From a virus: a stretch of DNA of 34,718 bases. Location of the stretch: positions 1 through 34,718 of the IMG/VR virus record IMGVR_UViG_3300021164_001320. One strand, 5' to 3'. The position numbers and the translations under genes were made by a program. Under the pieces are notes generated by a model, which was given only the letters and a program-made list of their open reading frames with translations, had not been told where the DNA came from and ran no database searches. The number at the start of each line of letters is the position of its first letter. Position 1 is the stretch's first letter. This document shows positions 13,663 to 21,975 of this stretch, piece by piece.

Positions 13663-15302
13663 TGGAAAATGACGCTCGTATCTATTGTGCTCGCTTAGGT
13701 CAGCTTAAATCTGCGCGTGCGTTACATGAATTACATTGGGCAGAATGCTACCGATACGGAGCACCTGAGCGTCAACAAAGCTTTAGTGGTTCAGATGTGA
13801 AGAATCAACGCGAAACTGAACGTGCTGATTTATACGATTCAACAGCGGCAGATTCAGTTCAAGTGCTTGTTTCAATGATTATGAACGGCGTAACACCTGC
13901 GAACTCTATTTGGTTCAAAGCTCAACCTGACGGCATTGACGATCTTGCAGAGCTTACAGAGGGTGAACGTTGGCTTGAGGATGTCTGCCAATTCATGTGG
14001 CGCAATATCCATGCATCAAACTTTGACAGTGAGAACTTCGATACGCTTACAGACGTTGTAACGGCTGGATGGGGTGTGATGTATGTCGATATTGACCGTG
14101 TAGCGCAGGGCGGTTATGTCTTTGAATCATGGCCTATAGGTTCGTGTTTCATCGGTTCAACTCGCGCAGATGGCCTGATTGATACGATTTATCGTGAACA
14201 TGAAATGACAGCTCAAACCATGGTCAATACTTACGGTGAGAGCAATTGTCATCACTCAGTTGTATCAGTTGCAACAGAGAGTCCAGACACAAAGTTCAAG
14301 CTATTACACGTCATTCAACCACGTAAACAAACAGGTGCAGGGCAGATCAACAAAGCAATGCCTTTTGCTTCCTATCACATCGATATCAGCAATAAGCAGA
14401 TGTTAAAAGAATCGGGGTATCACGAGTTTCCTTGTTCTGTACCACGTTTGCGGAAATTGCCGGGTTCTGTTTATGGCAATGGTCAAATGTCTTTGGCGCT
14501 ACCTGATGCTAAAACAGCAAATGAACTTGTCAAAAACACTGTGCGTGCTGCTGATCTACAGATCGGTGGATTGTGGATAGCACAAGATGATGGTGTTTTA
14601 AATCCTCATACGGTTCGTATTGGTCCTCGTAAAGTGATTGTGGCCAATAGTGTTGATTCGATTAAGCGCTTGGATGATGGAACAAATTTTCAAATTGCAG
14701 ATTATCTTCTGACCAGTCTGCAAGGTGGTATTCGTCGCAAGCTTATGGCTGACCAATTGCCACCGATTGGCACCACTCAAATGACGGCAACAGAGATTAA
14801 TACGCGTGTTGAAATGATTCGTCAGTTATTAGGTCCAATGTACGGTCGTCTACAAGCTGAGTATTTGCGCAGTATTTTAGATCGCTGTTTCGGACTGGCA
14901 TTGCGTGATAACGCTTTAGGTGATGCACCTGAAGAGCTTTGGGGTCGCAACCTTTCATTCAAATTTGTGTCACCACTAGCACGTAGTCAACGCATGGAAG
15001 AAGTCTACGCAACTGAGCAATACATCATGAGTCTTTCAAGTATTGCTCAAGTCGATCAAACCATTCTCGATAACGTCGATTTTGATGCTGTTGCGGTGCT
15101 CACAGGAACAGGGCGTGGCGTCCCTCAAACCATTATGCGTACAGCTGATGAAGTTCAACAGCTACGCCAAGCACGTCAAAAAGCACAGGAAGAACAAGCA
15201 CAGGCACAACAGCAGGCGGCAATGATGGATAAGGCTGGTGATGCTATTGCAAAGGGTATGGGTAATCGAATGGCTCAGATGCCAACTGAGGTGATGCAAT
15301 GA
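13662..15302 (+). CDS. Portal protein, podovirus (T7 gp8-type) head-to-tail connector family
   Basis: Size and position fit. N-terminal LGQLKSARALHELHWAECYRYGAPERQ and the overall pattern resemble gp8-type connectors. Confidence 0.75.
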   Translation: MENDARIYCARLGQLKSARALHELHWAECYRYGAPERQQSFSGSDVKNQRETERADLYDSTAADSVQVLVSMIMNGVTPANSIWFKAQPDGIDDLAELTEGERWLEDVCQFMWRNIHASNFDSENFDTLTDVVTAGWGVMYVDIDRVAQGGYVFESWPIGSCFIGSTRADGLIDTIYREHEMTAQTMVNTYGESNCHHSVVSVATESPDTKFKLLHVIQPRKQTGAGQINKAMPFASYHIDISNKQMLKESGYHEFPCSVPRLRKLPGSVYGNGQMSLALPDAKTANELVKNTVRAADLQIGGLWIAQDDGVLNPHTVRIGPRKVIVANSVDSIKRLDDGTNFQIADYLLTSLQGGIRRKLMADQLPPIGTTQMTATEINTRVEMIRQLLGPMYGRLQAEYLRSILDRCFGLALRDNALGDAPEELWGRNLSFKFVSPLARSQRMEEVYATEQYIMSLSSIAQVDQTILDNVDFDAVAVLTGTGRGVPQTIMRTADEVQQLRQARQKAQEEQAQAQQQAAMMDKAGDAIAKGMGNRMAQMPTEVMQ

Positions 15303-15724
15303 TCTTAATTATCGCCGTGTTAGCCATTTTTTTATTGATTGCATGCGTAGCGCTTTGGTCATCCTACCAAGAGCGAAACATGCTCAAACAGCAGCTTAGA
15401 GATGAACAAGAAGCTAAAGCTAAGTTACTTCCAAAAGATGAGTCTAAAGATCCTGAAGTTGAAACAGGTATCCAGGTCAAACGGCGCTATTACCGTCCAG
15501 TGACAGCGGAAACCTACCGTAATTTATTCGATCTAGATGTAAATGGGGTGCGAGTTTTAGAACATCTGACATCAATTTTCTGCAAATCAACTTATGTGCG
15601 TGGCGGTCAAGAAGCTGAGCGAGAGTCTTGCTTTAGAGCAGGCGAACGAAGTGTTGTGGAATTCATTATTAAGCAAATCAATCGTGCAAACGATCCAAAC
15701 TATAAGGAAGAAGTAAATGACTGA
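15299..15724 (+). CDS. Small protein with an N-terminal TM helix and a Bbp19-like domain (from memory)
   Basis: ATGA overlap with the portal gene. Motif GVRVLEHL...VRGGQEAERESCFRAGERSVV. Confidence 0.6.
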   Translation: MILIIAVLAIFLLIACVALWSSYQERNMLKQQLRDEQEAKAKLLPKDESKDPEVETGIQVKRRYYRPVTAETYRNLFDLDVNGVRVLEHLTSIFCKSTYVRGGQEAERESCFRAGERSVVEFIIKQINRANDPNYKEEVND

Positions 15725-16388
15725 TTTAAACCAAAACCAAGCAACTGAAACCAATCAAGAGCAAACATCACTTTTAAGTGGTGGTCATGAGGGGGAAATT
15801 CAGGATGCTGGTAATCAAGATCAAACCACTGAAGAAACAACTACAACTGGCGCACCTGAATCAATCGATGGCTATCAGGTCGAAGTGGAAAACTTCAATT
15901 TTGATGAGTTCAAAGCCATTCCTGAAAATCAGGAGTTCTTAGAGCGTGCGCGTGAAGCTGGTCTAAGCAGTGAGCATTTAGGCTTTCTCCTTGGGGAATA
16001 TAACCAGTTAATTCCTGCGCTCATGGAAGGTAATGCAGCACTAGACAATGAAGCCTGTATTTCTGCAATGAAAGATACGTGGGGTGGGGAAACAGATGCT
16101 AATTTTGGATTCGCACGAGCAGCGGCAAACAATGCAATTCAGAATGGCATTTTGACAGCGGAAGAAGTGAATAGCCCTGAGTTTGGCAATAATCCACTTG
16201 TCTTGAAAATGGCGGCTTATTTCGGTTCACAACTTCAGGAAGATACACCCCCTGCTAACACCCAACAAAGCGGTGCATTAGATGTTCAATCATTAATGAA
16301 ATCGGAAGCCTACTTAAACGTAAATCACCCAGACCATAAACGTGTATTTGCGCAAGTAGAAGGCTTTTATCAGAAGCAATATAAATAA
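15717..16388 (+). CDS. Scaffolding protein (by position)
   Basis: Acidic, helical, 223 aa, located between the portal and the major capsid gene. Confidence 0.6.
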   Translation: MTDLNQNQATETNQEQTSLLSGGHEGEIQDAGNQDQTTEETTTTGAPESIDGYQVEVENFNFDEFKAIPENQEFLERAREAGLSSEHLGFLLGEYNQLIPALMEGNAALDNEACISAMKDTWGGETDANFGFARAAANNAIQNGILTAEEVNSPEFGNNPLVLKMAAYFGSQLQEDTPPANTQQSGALDVQSLMKSEAYLNVNHPDHKRVFAQVEGFYQKQYK

Positions 16389-16398
16389 GGGGTAGTCC

Positions 16399-17304
16399 AT
16401 GCCAATTGCAAACGAAAATAAAATCACGGCGGCGTTTGTACAGCAGTTTCATGACAATTATGAATTGGCATGTGCGCAGAACGTTTCACGTTTGCTAAAG
16501 ACTGTAACGAATCGCGGTCGTATTGAAGGTGAGTCATTCACAATCAACGATATGGGACAGGTGGAAATGAAAGCTTCAGGTGCGCGTTATGGCGACACTG
16601 AATGGACAATTCCAGATGTAGGGGTGCGCTCAGTCCTAATGAATGATTTTGATTTATTTATTCCGATTGAAAAGCGTGATGAGCCAAAGTTAAAGGCACA
16701 CCCAGACGATAAATACATGCAGTTATTGCATAACGCTCACAACCGCAAAGTGGACGACATTATTTATCAAGCCCTGATCGGTACGATTGCACGTAAAACT
16801 GTAGATGATGCAGGTGTTGCATCAACTACAAACGTAGCTCTGCCTGCTGGCCAAATTGTTGCCCCAACAGGTATGACGCTTAAACAGCAAATTATTTGGG
16901 CTAAGTCGTTATTCCGTAAAAACGAATGTGATGAACAGAACGGTGAGCAACTATTCCAGATTTACACCGCTGACATGATGAATGAATTTTTAAATGACAC
17001 CACATTGACCAATGCGGACCATATGAAAATTCAGATGCTGCAAGACGGTGCTGTAGGTACGAAGTGGCTTGGTGTTGAGTGGGTTGCATACGAAAAAGTT
17101 GCTGCTGGTGCAACCGCAGGTTCTAAGCGTGCTCCGATGTATTGTAAGTCCGCTGTTCATTACGGTGATGCTGCAATTACTGATTTTGGTATCGGTGTAC
17201 GTGAAGACAAAAAACGTATCAAACAAGTCGGTGGTGTTCACTCAATGGCCGCAGGTCGTGGGAATGAGCTAAAAGTTGTTGCTATTGATTATGACGCTTC
17301 TTAA
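16399..17304 (+). CDS. Major capsid protein
   Basis: 301 aa. SD GGGG lies upstream. A strong terminator follows, and the position after the scaffold fits. Confidence 0.8.
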   Translation: MPIANENKITAAFVQQFHDNYELACAQNVSRLLKTVTNRGRIEGESFTINDMGQVEMKASGARYGDTEWTIPDVGVRSVLMNDFDLFIPIEKRDEPKLKAHPDDKYMQLLHNAHNRKVDDIIYQALIGTIARKTVDDAGVASTTNVALPAGQIVAPTGMTLKQQIIWAKSLFRKNECDEQNGEQLFQIYTADMMNEFLNDTTLTNADHMKIQMLQDGAVGTKWLGVEWVAYEKVAAGATAGSKRAPMYCKSAVHYGDAAITDFGIGVREDKKRIKQVGGVHSMAAGRGNELKVVAIDYDAS

Positions 17305-17315
17305 GTCGTAGCTTT

Positions 17316-17353
17316 GGCCTCACGCTTTACGAGCAGGGCGTGAGGTCTTTTTT
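17316..17353 (+). terminator. Rho-independent terminator after the capsid gene
   Basis: GGCCTCACGC...GCGTGAGGTC stem followed by T6. Confidence 0.8.
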
Positions 17354-17378
17354 AATAATCTAAATAGGAAAATAAAAT

Positions 17379-17855
17379 ATGCCAAAAAAATTAATTGCAT
17401 TATCAATGGTGGCTTTTGTTGGCACTAAATCCGTATCGGCGGCACCAATGACGCGCCAAGAATACAATGATTATCGCGGATGGGAGCTTCCTGCAGATGA
17501 ATCACATTTGGCTAATGAACAAGGTTTTTTAGTTGAATATGTGGATGGTGGTCGAGCAAATCATCCTGATCATGAGGGTTATATTTCATGGTCGCCAGCT
17601 GATGTATTCGAGCGAAGCTATAAGGAATCGCCAAAAAACCACATTGAACGCATGCAATCTGAAAAGCATGAACTTGATGCGAAGCTTACTGCATTGAAAG
17701 CATTTTTAGCTAAGCTAGGTACAGATCAGGTGCCATTGCTGACAGATGATCAAGTTTACAAATTGGAATCTCAAGCCGAAGCAATGGAGCTGTATTCAAC
17801 GATTTTAGGTTCACGTATTGAGTATGATGCTGAACTTATTGGTGCACTTGGCTAA
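17379..17855 (+). CDS. N4 gp49 / Sf6 gp66-family-like protein (function unknown)
   Basis: Motifs PMTRQEYNDYRGWELP...GFLVEY...GYISWSPADVFERSY, recalled family pattern. Confidence 0.6.
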   Translation: MPKKLIALSMVAFVGTKSVSAAPMTRQEYNDYRGWELPADESHLANEQGFLVEYVDGGRANHPDHEGYISWSPADVFERSYKESPKNHIERMQSEKHELDAKLTALKAFLAKLGTDQVPLLTDDQVYKLESQAEAMELYSTILGSRIEYDAELIGALG

Positions 17856-17877
17856 CACCCAACAAACCCACTCTTAA

Positions 17878-17912
17878 AAGCCCTCAAGATCATTAAAACT
17901 TGAGGGCTTTTT
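17878..17912 (+). terminator. Terminator-like hairpin abutting the ATG at 17915 (CA-box at 17856-17868)
   Basis: AAGCCCTCAAG...CTTGAGGGCTT stem followed by T5. Confidence 0.7.
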
Positions 17913-17914
17913 CT

Positions 17915-18478
17915 ATGACAACAACATCAATATCCATCTGCAATGAAGCGCTGAGCATGATTGGTGCTAAAGCGATTCAATCATTTGAGGACAATACCGA
18001 AAACGCACGGCGTTGTGCTTCGATTTATGACTCTACACGCCGTGGTTTATTACGTATGCATCCTTGGTCATTCGCCAAGAAACGTGCACAGCTTGCACCA
18101 GTGAGCACACATCCTGCTTTTGGTTATAGCAATGCATTTCCACTGCCTAAAGATTTTTTGCGTCTATATGATTCAGGCCAGTATGAATACGAAATAGAAG
18201 GTCGCCACATTCTGGCCAATACAAATCTAATTAACTTGGTCTATGTCCGTGATGAAGATAATGAAGAGCTTTGGGATTCTTTATTTTCTGAGTGTATGGC
18301 CTTGTATTTGGTGAGTAAGCTTGCAAAGCCGATCACAGGAAGCAATGCCGAAGCTGATAGTGCTTGGCAGAAGTTACAGAACATGCTGAAACAAGCACGT
18401 GCTATCAATGGTCAAGAACGCCCAGCGCAAGACTTTGCAGCAGATTACACCCCTAATTTGATGGGGGTACGCTACTAA
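17915..18478 (+). CDS. Head-tail adaptor / tail tubular protein A-like
   Basis: The pattern ICNEALSMIGAKAIQSFED...MHPWSFAKK is typical of podoviral gp11-like adaptors. The start was moved from the ORF-track TTG at 17900 (inside the hairpin) to ATG 17915. Confidence 0.65.
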   Translation: MTTTSISICNEALSMIGAKAIQSFEDNTENARRCASIYDSTRRGLLRMHPWSFAKKRAQLAPVSTHPAFGYSNAFPLPKDFLRLYDSGQYEYEIEGRHILANTNLINLVYVRDEDNEELWDSLFSECMALYLVSKLAKPITGSNAEADSAWQKLQNMLKQARAINGQERPAQDFAADYTPNLMGVRY

Positions 18479-20547
18479 TGAAGCAGGTTATCACTAAAAA
18501 TAACTTCAGTGCTGGGGAGCTATCGCCAACGCTTTATACCCGCACAGATATTCAACAGTATGGCAACGGAGCAAAGACGCTTAAGAATGTGATTCCACTT
18601 GTCGAAGGTGGTGTGCGTAAAAGACCAGGCACACTGTTTTTATCGGCACAGGTTGGTGCAGTACGACTCATTCCATTTGTGGTCAATTCAGACAATACAT
18701 TTCTAATTGTTTTTAAGCCAAATTTGGTCGAGATTGTTAATCCGAAAACACTTGAAGTGCTTGAAAGTATTGTTTCTCCATACACAGAGACTCAGATACA
18801 TGACATCCAGTTTGTGCAGTATCGGTATGAAATGTATCTCACACATAGTGAAGTGCCAGTTCACCGCCTTTTATGTGATACAGCCTTTGATAATTGGCAG
18901 TTGAATCAGTTTGTTTACACTCATCTGCCGACCGACTCTGAAAATGCACGGTTTCCATTTCGAAAAGGAAAGCCCTCAGGTAAAGACATTGGTGCACTGG
19001 TATCTTTCACACTGAGCTCATATAACAACTGGGTGAGTACACAGGCTTATTTAGCAGCAGATGTTGTTACCTATGGTGGTAAGTACTATCAGGCATTACG
19101 TGACAATACAGACAAGCAACCGAACGAAAATGAACTAGATTGGGCACAGGTTACGGTTAGTGCAGGCGCAACATTTACGGCTGCTGATATTGGCAATTTG
19201 ATCGAAGTGAATGGAGGGATTATTAAGATCACTCAGTTCATTAACGCTGATCATGTAAACGGAGAAATCCTTAAAAAATTAGATGCTGACATCACAGCAA
19301 TTGAACGTTCTTGGGCAATTTTGCCGCCAGCATTTAACGCTACGAATGGTTATCCAAGATGTTGCACATTCTTTAAACAGCGCTTAGTCCTATCGAACAC
19401 AAAAAAAGCACCAAACAAGGTGTGGTTTAGTGCTGTCGGTGGTAATGGTAATTTTCTCGAGACTACAGAAGATGGGGATGCATTCAGTATTGTTTCAGCT
19501 TCAGGTCTTTCAAACAGTATCTTGTTCTTAGAAGCTCAGCGTGGGGTCGTGTGTTTAACCTCAGGTGGTGAGTACATGATCGACTCAGACGGTGCATTAA
19601 CCCCTACAACAGTAAACATCAATGAACACAGCGCATACGGTGCATATCCAGTTACACGACCTGAACGTGTGGGCAATGAGCTGCTATTCGTGCAGCGTGG
19701 TGGTGAACGTGTCCGGGCTTTAACTTATCGCTATGAAGTTGACGGCTTGGTTTCACCTGAGGTCAGCTCCCTTTCTTCCCATATTGGAGAGCAACACGGC
19801 GGGGTAAATGAAATCTCCTACATGCAAGAACCTGAAAGTTTAGTGTGGTTAGTATTGGGTGATGGCAAAGTGGCCACAATTACTTTTAACCGCGATCAAG
19901 AGGTTTTGGCATGGGCACAGCACGACTTTAGCGGTGAAGTGATTAGCATGTGTTCTATCCCTACACAGCTTGGTTCAGACCGTACTTTTATGTTGGTGAA
20001 GCGATCGGGTACCACGTGTCTTGAGGAGGTTTCCTTTAGCGCATATGTAGACTCAGAACGCACATTAGTTGTGGATAGTGGGCAAGTAGTAAAGCCTAAT
20101 CTACTTCATGAGGTTGTGGCCTATCACCAGGGGGATGATTTTATTTATCAGACCAACTTTGAGGAGGATGGGGAATACTTAGTTGTGGGTGATGAGCTAA
20201 ACGGTGAAGGCATCAAAGTCGGTCAGCCGATCCACTGTACAGTTGAGCTATTCCCACCTGAATTGAATCAAGCACCACTGTCTAGCATGTTGCATAAAGC
20301 TAAGGTTGATCGTACAGCATTCTTTTTTAACAACACCATTGCACCAGAGCTAAACGGTGAAATGATTGAAATTTTCACCTATGACGATAACCCACTTGCA
20401 CCACGAAAGCCGCATACAGGCTATCACTTGGAAGAAGGTGGATCATGGGAAGACTTGCATAGAATCCCTTTAGTAATAACACACAACAAACCGCTACCGT
20501 TTCACTTGCAAGCTATCACTATGCAGTTATCAATTAACGAGAAATAA
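18478..20547 (+). CDS. Tail nozzle / tail tubular protein B-like, with a CBM5/12-like insertion
   Basis: N-terminal NFSAGELSPTLY...GGVRKRPGT pattern. 689 aa, directly following the adaptor. Confidence 0.65.
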   Translation: MKQVITKNNFSAGELSPTLYTRTDIQQYGNGAKTLKNVIPLVEGGVRKRPGTLFLSAQVGAVRLIPFVVNSDNTFLIVFKPNLVEIVNPKTLEVLESIVSPYTETQIHDIQFVQYRYEMYLTHSEVPVHRLLCDTAFDNWQLNQFVYTHLPTDSENARFPFRKGKPSGKDIGALVSFTLSSYNNWVSTQAYLAADVVTYGGKYYQALRDNTDKQPNENELDWAQVTVSAGATFTAADIGNLIEVNGGIIKITQFINADHVNGEILKKLDADITAIERSWAILPPAFNATNGYPRCCTFFKQRLVLSNTKKAPNKVWFSAVGGNGNFLETTEDGDAFSIVSASGLSNSILFLEAQRGVVCLTSGGEYMIDSDGALTPTTVNINEHSAYGAYPVTRPERVGNELLFVQRGGERVRALTYRYEVDGLVSPEVSSLSSHIGEQHGGVNEISYMQEPESLVWLVLGDGKVATITFNRDQEVLAWAQHDFSGEVISMCSIPTQLGSDRTFMLVKRSGTTCLEEVSFSAYVDSERTLVVDSGQVVKPNLLHEVVAYHQGDDFIYQTNFEEDGEYLVVGDELNGEGIKVGQPIHCTVELFPPELNQAPLSSMLHKAKVDRTAFFFNNTIAPELNGEMIEIFTYDDNPLAPRKPHTGYHLEEGGSWEDLHRIPLVITHNKPLPFHLQAITMQLSINEK

Positions 20548-20549
20548 CC

Positions 20550-20999
20550 ATGCGAGTGCGTACAGCTAAGCTCCCCGATGTGCCTGCCTTGGTTGCATTG
20601 GGGCAAGAATTTATTAAAGAAGCACCCAACTATCAAAACCGTCCATACATGGCTGATAAGGCAGCAGAGCATTTCACTCATTTAATTAATGGCAGCGGTG
20701 TGATTTTCATCGTTGAGCAAGATCAAGAAATCATGGGCGGTTTTGCAGGGCGTGTAGGTGGTGACTGGTTCAATAACATCAAAATTGCCTTTGATGACGT
20801 GATGTATGTGAAGCCTGAATTTCGCAAGACACGCGCTGCTTATGTACTCATTCAAACGTTCATTGGTTGGGCGGCTGCTATGGGTGTGAATCGAATCCAG
20901 TGCGGTACCACGACTGGTGTTGAATCTCGTGCTTGTATTCGACTCTATGAGCATTTCGGGTTTACGCAATACGGCACTGTTTTGGATATGGAGCTATAA
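20550..20999 (+). CDS. GNAT-family N-acetyltransferase
   Basis: Motif-A-like VKPEFRKTRAAYVLIQ and C-terminal LYEHFGFTQYG. The gene starts 3 nt after the nozzle gene stop. Confidence 0.7.
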   Translation: MRVRTAKLPDVPALVALGQEFIKEAPNYQNRPYMADKAAEHFTHLINGSGVIFIVEQDQEIMGGFAGRVGGDWFNNIKIAFDDVMYVKPEFRKTRAAYVLIQTFIGWAAAMGVNRIQCGTTTGVESRACIRLYEHFGFTQYGTVLDMEL

Positions 21000-21001
21000 G
21001 C

Positions 21002-21487
21002 ATGAATGATGTAATCCCACATGAGAATAAAGAGCTATTGGCCCAAATCCTTGGAGAAGTTCAAAACCGTGCATACATAGACGTTGTACGAGATATTCAA
21101 CAGCAAATTACGGATCAAGCTGAATTGATTGAAGTGCCAGTTGTTCATCATTTTTCACCAGGTGTGTATATGCGTCAGATGGATGCAAAAGCCGGCACGT
21201 TGATTGTCAGTAAGATGCATCGAACTGAGCATATGAATGTTTTGCTAAGTGGGTCGCTTACAGTTGCTACCGAAAATGGCATTGAATATTTAAAAGCACC
21301 CGCCGTGATTAAGTCTATGCCCGGCACAAAACGCATCGGTTACTTTCATGAAGATACGTCTTGGATGACGGTACACCCAACAGACAGTACTGATTTAGAA
21401 GAAATCGAAAGGCAGGTGATTGTTCCTGAAGAAGAGATTGATCAATTCCTTGCATTACTCCAAAGCAAATGTAAGGAGATTGAATAA
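21002..21487 (+). CDS. Cupin-like (double-stranded beta-helix) protein
   Basis: His/Glu pattern VHHF...GTLIVSKMHRTEHMNVLLSG...PGTKRIGYFHEDT. The stop overlaps the next ATG (TAATG). Confidence 0.55.
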   Translation: MNDVIPHENKELLAQILGEVQNRAYIDVVRDIQQQITDQAELIEVPVVHHFSPGVYMRQMDAKAGTLIVSKMHRTEHMNVLLSGSLTVATENGIEYLKAPAVIKSMPGTKRIGYFHEDTSWMTVHPTDSTDLEEIERQVIVPEEEIDQFLALLQSKCKEIE

Positions 21488-21975
21488 TGTCATGGGCAAT
21501 GGTTGCGGCTGCGGCCGCTGTAGCAGGTGCAGCAATTTCAGGTTATTCGAGCTACCAAAATAACAAAGCTGCAGGTGAACAAGCTGAAGCAGATGCGAGT
21601 GCTGAAAAAGCTCGTGGACGTTTGGAAGCAGACCGCATTCGTAAGGAAAAAGAAAAAACACAGTCCGCTGCACGTGCTGCTTTGGCTCAGAATGGACTGG
21701 ATGTGAACGAAGGTACAGCACTGGTCATTAACGATGAAATTGAACAGGCTGCAAATTACGATGCCAATATGGCCGAAGTCACAGGCTATAACTCCTCACA
21801 GCGATTGAAAGCACAAGCCAGCCAATTTAAAAACAATGCGAATACGGCAGCAGCAACAGGTGTTTTGAATACGGTTTCAGCGGGTGCTGGTGGTTATACT
21901 GATGCTGTAAAAGCAAAAAAAGGGACAGCCCTTCTTGATGCTCGCTATGCCAATGAAACAAAGGGGTGGAAATAA
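21487..21975 (+). CDS. Internal virion protein (small, N-terminal Ala-rich TM)
   Basis: WAMVAAAAAVAGAAISGY followed by a charged helix. The position matches podoviral internal core genes. Confidence 0.6.
   Translation: MSWAMVAAAAAVAGAAISGYSSYQNNKAAGEQAEADASAEKARGRLEADRIRKEKEKTQSAARAALAQNGLDVNEGTALVINDEIEQAANYDANMAEVTGYNSSQRLKAQASQFKNNANTAAATGVLNTVSAGAGGYTDAVKAKKGTALLDARYANETKGWK

Noticed and set aside
20480-20495. Fifth CA-box copy as an independent regulatory element
   Set aside because: It has two mismatches, lies inside the nozzle coding frame (ITHNKP) and has no following hairpin. It is mentioned only as a possible relic.
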